A stretch of DNA of 63,481 nucleotides, filler included, from Octopus bimaculoides (taxonomy: Eukaryota), in NCBI RefSeq assembly GCF_001194135.2. It is 4 parts of 3 records of this genome, joined end to end, with 100 filler letters (N's around TTAATTAATTAA, not from the genome) between each part and the next. Parts side by side here need not be neighbours in the genome. Positions count along the whole stretch, not along the records: positions 1 to 29,034 come from NC_068981.1; positions 29,135 to 60,087 come from NC_068983.1; 2 more parts are not named here. One strand, given 5' to 3'. Within the stretch, counting starts at the first letter, position 1. Each line of letters opens with the position of its first letter. The translations under genes were made by a program, and so were the position numbers. Under the pieces are notes generated by a model that did not search any database, was not told the origin of the DNA, and saw nothing but the letters and a program-made list of their open reading frames with translations. Below, in pieces: positions 26,561-38,764 of this stretch.

Positions 26561-28519
26561 TTAATTAGACTTCTATAAATAGCAAAAGTTTTAAAGCGGA
26601 GTACTCGTTATAAAAAAGATTAATACGCCAATGCGACTGATTTCGACTCCATATTGTATGTGTATATGTGTGTGCATTTAAATAAGCACACACAGACATA
26701 CACACGTCAGTTATTCATCAGTCTAAAGAAAAGCACACTCTAAAATGGCGTATTGAGCAGTAGTAATATTCTAGTCGTTGGTTATGACCGGTGAGAAAGT
26801 TACCATTGGTTTCACGTCTTTTATTGCTCTGCTGGTTGGGGGACATAACCTCTTTACTCGTGTATTCTTACTACCATTTATAAAAAGGTTATATGCTTTT
26901 GACCAGCAGGTCTGATTAGTCACCTGTATTGCCAAGAGCAATAACACTGTGTAACACAATGTTTGTGCTTGTGTAATAGCTGTTATTTCATATTTGCTTA
27001 CCCGTAGAAAGTATGGAAATTGCTAGCGTTTCCTTAAAGTTTTGCTTTTGTTACATTTATTCAAACCCCAAGAATCTCTCTCAATACATGGCTATGTTGC
27101 TTTCCAACTACTCCTACTCCTGATCAGAGATGTACATATTGTCAGATACTAAAGGACATACTCAAGTGGTTAAGATCAAGCAACTAGGAAGCAAATCTAT
27201 TGAGCAGAATACTTGCTATATTTCTGCTCCAGCAACTCAGCGCTGAATTTGTTTGAATTGTAACTAAAAATACATCAGTTTCAAAACATTGATGCTTGGG
27301 TCACGAAAGCAAAGTTTGAAGGGAACAGTAGTTATTTCCTTTGATTTCTAGATAAAAGCAAATAGGAAATAATACTTACTGGCCAAAGACGAAAATAAAT
27401 TTTAATTTTGCTACACTGCGTAATATACATGAAAGAAATGTTAACTTCCTGACCGGTCATAACCAACACTTACTGTTTTCGCTGTTTTGTGTATTTGTTT
27501 ATTTTTGTATCTGATTTTTATTGATCTTCTATGATAGTGAAGCTGTATCCCTTAATTTGCTGCTTTTGTATACATATACCGAGAAGAAAACTTACAGAAC
27601 ACACGTTATTTTAACGAGATACATCTTGTAATCACCCGAAGAGACACATCTATACCGACGGATACACCTAAACAAGTTGTTCAGTACCCCACTCATGAGG
27701 GATCGATGCTAGATGGGTCGGAACAATTGTAGTGATCAATAAAGATTCTCGTATCTTCCATATTCCGTCTCTTTCATTAATTAAATATGTGTGTATGTGT
27801 GTGTGTATGTATGTATGTATGCATGTATATATACACACACACACGCACACACACACACACACACACATATANNNNNNNNNNNNNNNNNNNNNNNNNNNNN
27901 NNNNNNNNNNNNNNNNNNNNNNNNNNNNNNNNNATATATATATATATATATATATATAGAATATATTCAAAATTGCTAATAAACATTACCTATACCTGTA
28001 TTTTCATTTGATCATGGGTCTACCAAACGCATTCCTATTCTAATCTCATCTTTCCCTCACCTCATTCTTGACAAACTGGAATACACTAACATCATTGATT
28101 GGGGATTTTTCCAAGCTTTTACATCGTTCTAACTTCTCCCTCTCTGATAACGGCATGCTCAGCCTATGTAATCCTTACTGAATATGATGGTTCACATGCT
28201 TGGCTACTCTAGAAATAGCTATAAGAGACTCTATATATCTATATTCTCTATCTAAATTAAATGTCGTTTTCAAGTGATGCCAAACAGTTTGCTTTTTCAT
28301 TTTTACTTTAGCCTTTATCTACCAGCTCAGGAAAAGCTATCTCTAGCCGCTTCTGATAGGCAGTGCGATAGTTCAGTTGCACTTCAAACCGGATTTTCAG
28401 TAGAAAATCGAAAAGCACTGATAGTACAGACCTATTACTCTAAGTCAGTTGACAAAAACTCCTTACATATTTTCTATATTCATATAATGAAAATCGTCTC
28501 AATGCATCGTATAAACTTC

Positions 28520-28880
28520 TGAAAAAGGTTGAAAATCCTTGAAGACCTTGTACCAAACTTTCAGAATTCAAAGTTGCACAAGTAGTAGAGGGGGGCGCCA
28601 CTGCATAGTGCCAAAGATTCCAATATTGCCATCAAAATACAGGACCAGATACTGCAACAGCTTAGGTTTCAAGTGCCCACAGCTCTTCAATATCCTTCTA
28701 AAATGTCTGAGAGACCTGCATGGTGTGGATGTAGGTGTCTTCAAAACAAATCTGGATTTCCTCCTGTCAAGGGTTCCAGATGAGTCGACCTCACGGCAGG
28801 AAACACGGATGAGAGCAGCACCATTAAATTCCTTCATTCACCAAATGCCACAAATCAGAAGAGGAGTAATAATAATGTAG
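28520..28880 (+). mobile_element. 3' end of a CR1/L2-group LINE ORF2
   Basis: SSRGGRHCIVPKIP...TRYCNSLGFKCPQLFNILLKCLRDLHGVDVGVFKTNLDFLLSRVPDE, a typical CR1-group ORF2 C-terminus (NSF..GP.LFN.LP...FK..LD..L..VPD). Confidence 0.8.
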
Positions 28881-28936
28881 CACAGCATGACCGCGGCTTT
28901 AAAGATGAAACAAGTTAGAGAGTTATATGTATATAC

Positions 28937-28996
<60 letters not shown>

Positions 28997-29134
28997 ATAT
29001 GTATATGTAAACATATATATATATATATATATATNNNNNNNNNNNNNNNNNNNNNNNNNNNNNNNNNNNNNNNNNNNNTTAATTAATTAANNNNNNNNNN
29101 NNNNNNNNNNNNNNNNNNNNNNNNNNNNNNNNNN

Positions 29135-29187
<53 letters not shown>

Positions 29188-30587
29188 TTATATATACACG
29201 TGTGTGTATGCATACATGCACACACACACACATATAAATCAGATTTGTTCATTATTTAACATAGACATTCCACAAAGTCATTATGTTAATGATTTCATTT
29301 AACAAGTCAACAAAGCAAGTTTTTGTAAGAGAGAGAGGGTGGGATTTTAATCAACTGATTTGACACAAATATATTACTGGTATCTATTGACTCCACAGAA
29401 TATAGTTTAATGCCTAAGTCAGATAAAGAAAACGTAGTGCTTTCCCATGATATCAGCATTGCCCCACCCCCACCCAAAACAAGTAGATGGAGGTAAAGAA
29501 AAAAGAGGGGTACACTCCACTTAACAGGCTTCTGCATAGTTTCCACCACCTCAATTTCACTCACAAGACATGAGTCAACTGCTAATGGAGAAAACATTTG
29601 CTGAATGTGCCATGCAGGATGCAACCCAGAACCACAGGATTGTGAAATGAACTTTGTAACTACATGAACAAATGCATGAGTCTAGCCTTCTGGGATTTGA
29701 AATCATAATGTAGAGTTTGGAAATTTATATTGTTTGCTTTACTATTTTTTTGCCAATGTATTGCTTTCAATCTTAGTGATTACATTATTAGTTTTAAACT
29801 TGGGCACAAGGCCAGCAATTTCAGGGAGGGGGTAAGTTGATTACATCAACCCCAGTACTCAACTGTTACTTTATCAATTCCCCAAAGGACAGAAGGTAAA
29901 ATCAACTTCCATGGAAATTAAACTCAGCATGCTAACAATTCTGCCAGCTTGCTACCTTATTGATTACATTATTGATGTAAAATAACAAAAACTGTCAATG
30001 GAGCAAAGAATGAACTGCTATGGAGATGCAGTTTATCGGTTTACCTGAATGAATCTATTTTACTTCATTTATGCAACAAATTTCTTTGAGGGTTAGCTAT
30101 GAATGCTACAATATCCTACTTTCTATCCCATAACAATAGAGAAACTTGTGTCTAAACATTAAAGGGAAAACAATACTAATGACATAAAACAAACAAAAAC
30201 CTTTTAAAAATTGTCTTTGTAAATAGCTCTTTTTATATTATCTAATTCTTTATTGCCCACAAGGGGCTAAACATAGAGGGGACAAACANNNNNNNNNNNN
30301 NNNNNNNNNNNNNNNNNNNNNNNNNNNNNNNNNNNNNNNNNNNNNNNNNNNNNNNNNNNNNNNNNNNNNNNNNNNNNNNNNNNNNNNNNNNNNNNNNNNN
30401 NNNNNNNNNNNNNNNNNNNNNNNNNNNNNNNNNNNNNNNNNNNNNNNNNNNNNNNNNNNNNNNNNNNNNNNNNNNNNNNNNNNNNNNNNNNNNNNNNNNN
30501 NNNNNNNNNNNNNNNNNNNNNNNNNNNNNNNNNNNNNNNNNNNNNNNNNNNNNNNNNNNNNNNNNNNNNNNNNNNNNNNNNNNNNNC

Positions 30588-30810
30588 TTATTTCTTTACT
30601 GCCCACAAGGGGCTAAACATAGAGGGGACAAACAGGAGATTTAGTCGATTACATCGACCCCAGTGCGTAACTGGTACTAAATTTATCGACCCTGAAAGGA
30701 TGAAAGGTAAAGTCGACCCCAGCGGAATTTGAACTCAGAATGTAGCGGCAGACGAAATACCGCTAAGCATTTCGCCCGGCGTGCTAACGTTTCTGCCAGC
30801 TCACCGCTCT
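30588..30810 (-). mobile_element. SINE family A copy, low divergence
   Basis: ttagtcgattacatcgaccccagtgcgtaactggtac...ggaatttgaactcagaatgt...cgtgctaacgtttctgccagctcaccgc. Confidence 0.85.
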
Positions 30811-32304
30811 TTTTATATTATTAATTAATACATTTATGTGTATATGTGTATGTGTGTGTGAGTGTGCATGCATGTGTGTGCATGTGCACACATGTCTCTG
30901 TGTGTGAAGTTCAATGAAATTATGAAAAGTTTCTTTGGAAAATTGGGGAATTCAGAACCCCATAATGTGTATATGGTACTTTTTTTTACTTCTTGTTATT
31001 CTATAAAATTCCTCCACTAAAATTTCATTAACAGTAGCCACATTCCTTACTTACACGTATATTTTACATATGATACTGAAGCCATGCATATACCACATGC
31101 TTTCACACCTGAATTGATGAAAGTATTATTTCTGCATATAACGATTGACACATTTTCTAGTGTTTTAGTGGAAACTAATCAAATCTTGACATTCATATTT
31201 CAATACATGTCTATAAGTGCTACTAACAGCTTCATATGTTGAGAAATATCTAAAAAATATTCATCAGGCACAAACCACATATCATATGGTGCCTTCTCAG
31301 ATTTTTCACGTTCCTTCTTATTCAATATTTTTTTAGTTCATTACATGTGTTGGGTTTTTAAATAAATACTATATGTGTATGTATGTTTACACACAGACAC
31401 ACACACACACACACACNNNNNNNNNNNNNNNNNNNNNNNNNNNNNNNNNNNNNNNNNNNNNNNNNNNNNNNNNNNNNNNNNNNNNNNNNNNNNNNNNNNN
31501 NNNNNNNNNNNNNNNNGTGTGTGTGTATATATATATATACCCATACATACCATTTAATCTAACTATATACTCTATATATATGTGCATACACACACACATT
31601 TATACATATAAATATACATTTATATGTGTGTGATAGATAGATATACATATATACACATATATTTAGATATATTAATACACACACATACATATGTATGTGT
31701 ATATGTTTGTGTACATATATATGTATGTTAAAGATGCCTTTTTAAAATCTCAATTAGGCATTGAGTATAATATAATTAAGGAAAATACTCAATACATTAT
31801 AGATGCAGAGTCAATATTTCTTGTAATAATTAACATGATACCAAACAATAGTACAAATATTTCTGCATATTCTTGTACCTGGTTAAAAAGACACACAGAG
31901 AAATACACACGCATACACAAACATATGTTGAAACACACACACACAAACATATATACAGTTTTAGGAATGTATGTCTGTGCATGCATGTAATATATGAGTG
32001 CATTAGACAAAATAAATCTATGTATGCATGTGTGCATTTGCATGTATGTAATAAGACTACTTTTCCAATAATTCAAATATTTACCTGTATAATTTTTATG
32101 ACAGGTTTCGCAAAATTATGTTATTGAAAAATTGGCTTGCTTCATTTTTTTTCTCATGAGAATCATTCAAACAATGGACACAATGTGTGTCTGTGTGAAA
32201 GAGAGAGAATATATTTACATGGATAAATTATTATACAGTAATACTATTAAATATCTATTAAAATTATATATGTCTGCACATATATGTCTGCATATATGTG
32301 TGTG

Positions 32305-32345
<41 letters not shown>

Positions 32346-32365
32346 GTGTGTGTGTATATAATATT

Positions 32366-32619
32366 GTACCTGGGGAGAGTCATCCTCTTTTAGTACCGCA
32401 TTAATTGACACACTCACTGGTTCGAATTCCACTCATTTACTTATTTATCCTTTCTAAAATTTACACTTTGTCTTGCAACCTCTTTAACAGTCAACTATTG
32501 AGGGGCTTGCAAGATACAACGAAAGTTTTAGAGAAAATAAATAAGTAAATGACAGAAAATAGAACCGGTGAGTATGTGAAGTAATAAGGCACTAAAAGAG
32601 AATGACTCTCTCCAGACAC
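32366..32619. mobile_element. Palindromic (fold-back) MITE, ~255 bp
   Basis: ctggggagagtcatcctcttttagtacc...catttacttatttat...ctaaaa...tcttgcaacc matches the reverse complement of cttgcaaga...ttttaga...ataaataagtaaatg...ggcactaaaagagaatgactctctccag. The arms pair over nearly the whole length. Confidence 0.8.
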
Positions 32620-32731
32620 ACCAAAATATATCCAACACATGAATTCACATACAGATTTTTTGCAACCAAATACAAAAACAATATATATATAACATGTATA
32701 TAAAATATATATAATATATATATATATATAC

Positions 32732-32763
<32 letters not shown>

Positions 32764-32771
32764 ACATATAC

Positions 32772-32807
<36 letters not shown>

Positions 32808-33850
32808 NNNNNNNNNNNNNNNNNNNNNNNNNNNNNNNNNNNNNNNNNNNNNNNNNNNNNNNNNNNNNNNNNNNNNNNNNNNNNNNNNNNNNNNNNNNNN
32901 NNNNNNNNNNNNNNNNNNNNNNNNNNNNNNNNNNNNNNNNNNNNNNNNNNNNNNNNNNNNNNNNNNNNNNNNNNNNNNNNNNNNNNNNNNNNNNNNNNNN
33001 NNNNNNNNNNNNNNNNNNNNNNNNNNNNNNNNNNNNNNNNNNNNNNNNNNNNNNNNNNNNNNNNNNNNNNNNNNNNNNNNNNNNNNNNNNNNNNNNNNNN
33101 NNNNNNNNNNNNNNNNNNNNNNNNNNNNNNNNNNNNNNNNNNNNNNNNNNNNNNNNNNNNNNNNNNNNNNNNNNNNNNNNNNNNNNNNNNNNNNNNNNNN
33201 NNNNNNNNNNNNNNNNNNNNNNNNNNNNNNNNNNNNNNNNNNNNNNNNNNNNNNNNNNNNNNNNNNNNNNNNNNNNNNNNNNNNNNNNNNNNNNNNNNNN
33301 NNNNNNNNNNNNNNNNNNNNNNNNNNNNNNNNNNNNNNNNNNNNNNNNNNNNNNNNNNNNNNNNNNTATATATATATATATATATTACATAAATGAAATG
33401 CATGATGACTCTTCATTTTTACTGGCACCAACTAATTTTCCTCATTAAGACTTGGAAATGACAGTGTTACCATACATTTCATTTGAATGAAATAGTTAGA
33501 CTCTACATCTCTATTGAGTTTTCAGACAGAATGACAGTGATTTTAAGGCTCCTTAGAAACACTCACACCTTGCCGTGTGTGTATGTAGGTGTGTAGTGTG
33601 TATGTGTGTGTGTATGGATATATAGGTATAGGTATAGACATATAGATATAGATATAGGGATTCAATTCTGCTCCTCAGTGTTTCAATCTTTCCTATCCTT
33701 GCATATTTTTGCTTGAAATCTGGCTGACACTTCTTTCTGTCAGAGTTCATCAGCTACGAATCTAAGAAACCCTATGTGCTAAATATTTTTGTTGTAATTC
33801 TGCTTCATTTTTTGTTTGGAGCACTTTATATATATATATATATATATATA

Positions 33851-34533
33851 TGAGATCTGATCAATAAGTATCCGGACTGTTGCCATAGTAATGAAGTTAA
33901 AACATGCTGAGTGAAGCTGCCTGGCATGCGCTCTAAGTTTCAATGTGTCTGCTCCCTTATGCTGTTTTCAGCAGTGCTTGGAAGGAAGGTGTGTAACATG
34001 TGATCATCACATTGACCATGATAAAGTTGTCATGGCAATACCTCCTCAGAGGCCTGCACAAAGTTTCAGATAGTGTATGGAGAGGAGTGTATGAGCTGCA
34101 CACAACTGGTTCAGATACTTCCAAGACAGCCGAAAAAATTTCAATATTGTCGAACATTCTGGGAGACCAGCAACCAGCAGAACTGAGAAAAACATCACAG
34201 ATATGCATGCACAAGATCTCCTTGATTGTGTCAAGAACAATGAAAACTTTTTGAAAACTTCATGTAGGCTTCTGAGCAGGTATCACCAAGCTTTTGGCAA
34301 AATTTGATACAGATTCTCTGCTCAACTGTTTCTGTTACAGTCAACGTAATGATCACATGCTATACACGTTCCTTACAAGCACTGCTGTAAACAGCAGAAG
34401 TAAGCTAGAACATTAAAACTTAGTGCACATGCACAACAGAGTTCAAGGTCAATCTGTGCCAAGCCGCTTCACTCTCCATGCTTTAGCTTTGTTACTATAG
34501 CAACAGTCCAGATACTTATTGATTTCAGTCTCT
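33851..34533. mobile_element. Mariner-derived fold-back element made of two convergent 5' halves
   Basis: Terminal repeat gatcaataagtatccggactgttgccatagt versus actatagcaacagtccagatacttattgat. Both arms continue into transposase N-terminal remnants: VEQRICIKFCQKLGDTCSEAY on minus, and KFQIVYGEECMSCTQ and EHSGRPATSRTEKNI on plus. Confidence 0.85.
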
Positions 34534-34971
34534 GGACTCCATACTAGGACACCATCTTCAAAGGTTTTTGTGAATCATAAAAAGCCCAGTACTTGTTTTT
34601 CTTTCTGCTCTTTATGTCAAATTTTGTTTCTTGTTGATTGCTAAGTTACTGGTAATAAAGGGATATAACTCAGACAACACCGGGTTTTAGACCGCTGTAT
34701 AATATGCACATACACACCCATGCATGCATACATACATACACACACATATACACATACCTATATACGTAAACATATATATATATATATATATATATATCAT
34801 ATGTACGTATATAGCAGCCTTCAACTAAATTCGCCTCTTAAAGCGTTAGTCAACTCGAGGCTGTAGTAAACCATGCAGTTGGATTGAACCCACAACTACT
34901 TGGTTGTGAAGCACAGCCATTCTTATATATATAACGTATGTATATATCTATAAGTGTGTGTTTGTGTGTGA

Positions 34972-35010
<39 letters not shown>

Positions 35011-35231
35011 AACACATACATGTACGTGCGTGCACACACACACACACACACACTCTCTCTCTCTTACACAGTCATAAGCACATGCATACACACATATTAA
35101 ACATATATGAATCTATATATGAATACATATATGTCTGTACTTTTCTCTTGACTGGAATAATAATTATAATAATAACAATAATAATCTATGTAGGTATTAT
35201 ATATATTTCATATGACTGTAATCAGTAATGA

Positions 35232-35431
35232 TTAAGACATCTGCATGTGATATTTCTGGCATTGGTTATTCCAATTTGGTTGATGTCCATTGCTTGGATG
35301 GTGACGGCATTCTCCATTATTCACAGTTTGAGGATTCACAGGTGACAATGAAATTTCTGACAGCAAGCCAGGTATTAAAGACTCCTTATTGTTCTGGACT
35401 TTTAAAGGTGCCATCTGCTTCTGGTTGTAGC
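35232..35431 (-). CDS. Candidate terminal coding exon of the p75NTR-like gene: (C)YNQKQMAPLKVQNNKESLIPGLLSEISLSPVNPQTVNNGECRHHPSNGHQPNWNNQCQKYHMQMS*
   Basis: Acceptor taatttttctttattacag|GC. The phase-1 junction with exon 37602-37841 (T+GC=Cys) is in frame with the supplied ORF 35232-35414. No strong GT donor precedes the TAA. Unique, non-repeat sequence. Confidence 0.62.
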
Positions 35432-35480
35432 CTGTAATAAAGAAAAATTAAGAAAAATAATTAAAATATATGCATATATA

Positions 35481-35890
35481 GGCGCAGGAGTGGCTGTATT
35501 GTAAGTAGCTTGCTTACCAACCACATGGTTCCGGGTTCAGTCCCATTGCGTGGCACCTTGGGCAAGTGTCTTCTACTATAGCCTCGGGCCGACCAAAGCC
35601 TTGTGAGTGGATTTGGTAGACGGAAACTGAAAGAAGCCCATTGTATATATGTATATATATATATGTGTGCGTGTGTGTGTGTGTTCGTGTGTCTGTGTTT
35701 GTCCCCCCACCATCGCTTGACAACCGATGCTGGTGTGTTTACGTCCCCGTAACTTAGCGGTTCAGCAAAAAGGGACCGATAGAATAAGTACTAGGCTTAC
35801 AAAGAATAAGTCCTGGGGTCGATTTTCTCGACTAAAGGCGATGCTCCAGCATGGCCGCAGTCAAATGACTGAAACAAGTAAAAGAGTAAA
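35481..35890 (+). mobile_element. tRNA-derived SINE family B, near full length
   Basis: ggcgcaggagtggctgtattgtaagtagc (A-box-like), ggttccgggttcagtccc (B-box-like), body cgaccaaagccttgtgagtggatttggtagac, tail gactgaaacaagtaaaagag. Further copies at 35920-36080, 40046-40425, 43366-43612 (-), 44552-44955, 45025-45175 and 59790-60000 (-). Confidence 0.85.
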
Positions 35891-37601
35891 AGAGACAGTA
35901 ATGAGTATATACCCAGGTACAGATGTGGTTGTGTAGGTTAAAAAATTTCCTTCCTGATCACATGGTTTCAGGTTCAGCCCCACAGCGTGGTACCTTGGGC
36001 ATTTGTCTTCTACTGTAGCCCTAGACTGACAACAGCTATGAAAATCATTTTGAATAGATAGAAACTAAAAGAAGCCCTGTGTGTGTGTGTGTATGTGTGT
36101 GTGTGTGTGCGCGCGCATACACGCGTGTGCATGTGTTTTGTTTTTCTGTCTTCTTGTTTTGATATTATGTTATAGTTGTAAATGAGTGTCAGTCATACAA
36201 GAAGAATCATTCATTTCCAATATTCTGAAAACACATGTCTGGTTATGGGCAAATATTACTTTGCTTGGAAACATGTTAGAGTTGGTAACAGGAATGGCAT
36301 CCAGCCATAGAAAATCTTCTTCACTGTGCTCCATCCAACCCATGCAAGCATGAAAAAGCGGATGTTAAAATGATGGTGATGTTGACAATGACAACAAAAC
36401 TAGCAATGACAAATGGGTTCAGTATGAAGTAGTACAGCTTAAATAGGTTATTTAGCAAGCACTCATATAGCTAATGTTTCCAAGCAAAGTATATAATTCT
36501 CAGGTGCACTACAGTACATTAGAAGTTACCATCTTTTATCAAAATATTTCTGCACGATTCTAATTACACATATTTAAACTATTCTTCTGTCTTGAACTAT
36601 AAAGAAAATTAAAAAAAAACGTGGAGCCTCAACTCTGACCTGCTAAAAACAGTAACTAACTTCCTTCAAATTCAACTTGGGTAAAATAGACCTGAATATA
36701 CACTGTCTGCAAAAAGATGGGACAGTCACAACTTGATTGCTTTCAATCATATAAATAATAAATAAATGCGCCCTTTTAAAGCCTAGCCAGGCTCATGGGC
36801 CCAGTTTCCCGGTTTCAATGGCGTATGTGTTCCCCAGCTGGACGGGCCGCCAGTCCATCACAGCGTTACTCATTTTTGCCAGCTGAGTGGACTGGAGCAA
36901 CGTGAAATGAAGTGTTTTGCTCAAAAACACAACGCGTCGCCTGGTCCAGGCATCAAAACCACAATCTTACGATCATGATGCTGATACCCTAACCACTAAG
37001 CCACACACCTCCATTTTCAATCATATAGGTCTGCTCAAATCAGCTCTGGCCTGAGACCAAACCACACCAACAACAGAAACAACATAGAGTTTAACTGAAT
37101 ATTTTAACATACCAAGCTTACTTTCTATTTTTGGATAATTAAAAAATATTTAAGTAAGACTTAAAATGTGAATGAAAGACAAAGGAAACTCTTCAAAAGT
37201 GATTCAAAGAATGACTATATAAGAAATAAACTATAGGGAATGGAATGACAATATGTAAATCAAAATAAACAATATATAATAAGCTGTTGAAAGTCAAACG
37301 AAAATCCTAATATAATTTCTAAGCCAAAAGACAAATGTCTATTGATTGCATTTGATATTTTAACCTTTTAAACAGACTTCATCTTGTTACTTTGGCAACT
37401 TCAGATCTTTACATAGTTTTAATGTTACTTCACACATCAACATATAGAAACTAATAAATGCAAAATGATCAGTCATGAGGGAGGGCAGAATTAAATGATT
37501 CATTGCTATTCAAACATAATGCAGCACATGTTAAAAATGTACGCAATGCTAGACTTCAAAAAATATAAAAATGATCGAGTGAAAATGTTTGATCTACTCA
37601 C

Positions 37602-37841
37602 ATGTTTTAATGCCTGAGTCATCATAGACAATACCACTATCTCTTCCAGAAGCTTTAGAATATTCCACATCTTCATGCATAGCATTGTCTCTAGCACCAA
37701 GCCTTTTGTTACGCTGACGTTGGCAGTGTTTATAAATTGCAAAGCCACATAGGCCACATACAACTGCACCAAGCAGGGCACAATAAATTGGAATTACATC
37801 AATGCGCGTTTCTTCATAACGGCTTGCATAACCTTTGCCAG
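37602..37841 (-). CDS. NGFR: Internal exon of a p75 neurotrophin receptor / TNFRSF16-like gene: stalk end, transmembrane helix, juxtamembrane cytoplasmic region
   Basis: Acceptor ttcttattttgcag|CT and donor ACAT|gtgagt; 240 bp, phase 1/1. The peptide GKGYASRYEETRIDVIPIYCALLGAVVCGLCGFAIYKHCQRQRNKRLGARDNAMHEDVEYSKASGRDSGIVYDDSGIKT aligns by eye to human p75 NLIPVYCSILAAVVVGLVAYIAFKRWNSCKQNKQGA...HSDSGISVDS. The symbol denotes likeness; orthology is not proven. Confidence 0.85.
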
Positions 37842-38696
37842 CTGCAAAATAAGAAACCATATTTGAAATATATTTTTCAAACAACCATTATATATATACT
37901 TCTGGATTCAGTCAATAAAAAAATCAAAGAAAGAAAGAAAGCAGGTTTATATACAAGAAATAATAGGGTATGCAATAGATAATAAATAGGAGAGCTACCC
38001 AGTGATAGAAATTAGCCCTTTATGCATGGTCACAGTTCAGATAGATCATTAGAGTGCAGACCTACTGGCAGAAGTGGAAGGTTACTGCCAACACAGTGCT
38101 GTAAAGCCATGAGACTGCCATTGACTAAGTTTATTTTGATGTGAGGCTGCTGTCCCCTTTGAATGGGTTACAGTAGTTTTTCTGAAACAATTACCAAAAA
38201 AAAAAAAAAAAATCTATAAATCTCTCTTAATATGTAAAAATGTTCATGGATATGTTATACAATAATCCATAAGGGCTAAAACACATTTACTGCAAACAAA
38301 ACTGGGATGAAAAGTATCAAATAGTTAAGCTTTTGATTTAACTCTTTAGCTTTCAAACTTGTATATCCAGCTCAGCTATTCTAGCTGTTTTATGTTTAAA
38401 CTGCTAGATCCAATCTTTCACACCTACTCTACAATATCATTCTAAAAATGTACAATTGTGTCATTGGAGTCTTGAAGTTATGAGATAATGTATAATTAAT
38501 TGTAAAAAAATAAGTATAATAAATAAGCTTTACATCCAAAAGGGAATCTGAATGCCAAATGATTAAGTATTTAAAAACATGGGTCTTGGAGAAATATTGA
38601 TTTGCAAAATTGTGTTGAGAAGAGATNNNNNNNNNNATAAGTAAAAAAAGAAAGTTATTCATTTATATATATATATATATATATTGAAGAAGAAGA

Positions 38697-38717
38697 AGAA
38701 GAAGAAGTATGATAATG

Positions 38718-38763
<46 letters not shown>
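38697..38763. repeat. (GAA)n/(ATA)n microsatellites
   Basis: Direct reading. Confidence 0.95.

Positions 38764-38764
<1 letters not shown>

Noticed and set aside
29079-29090. ttaattaattaa embedded between N runs (also at 60132-60143 and 62286-62297)
   Set aside because: An identical 12-mer with stops in all six frames, always flanked by Ns: an assembly spacer or linker artefact, not biology.
29307-29624. 105-aa minus-strand ORF as the possible missing death-domain exon
   Set aside because: No death-domain helix pattern or conserved W/L residues, and no convincing in-phase splice sites.
30247-30632. ~42-bp direct repeat (ttctttattgcccacaaggggctaaacatagaggggacaaaca) on both sides of an N gap
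   Set aside because: Most likely overlapping contig ends of the same SINE tail, i.e. an assembly artefact.
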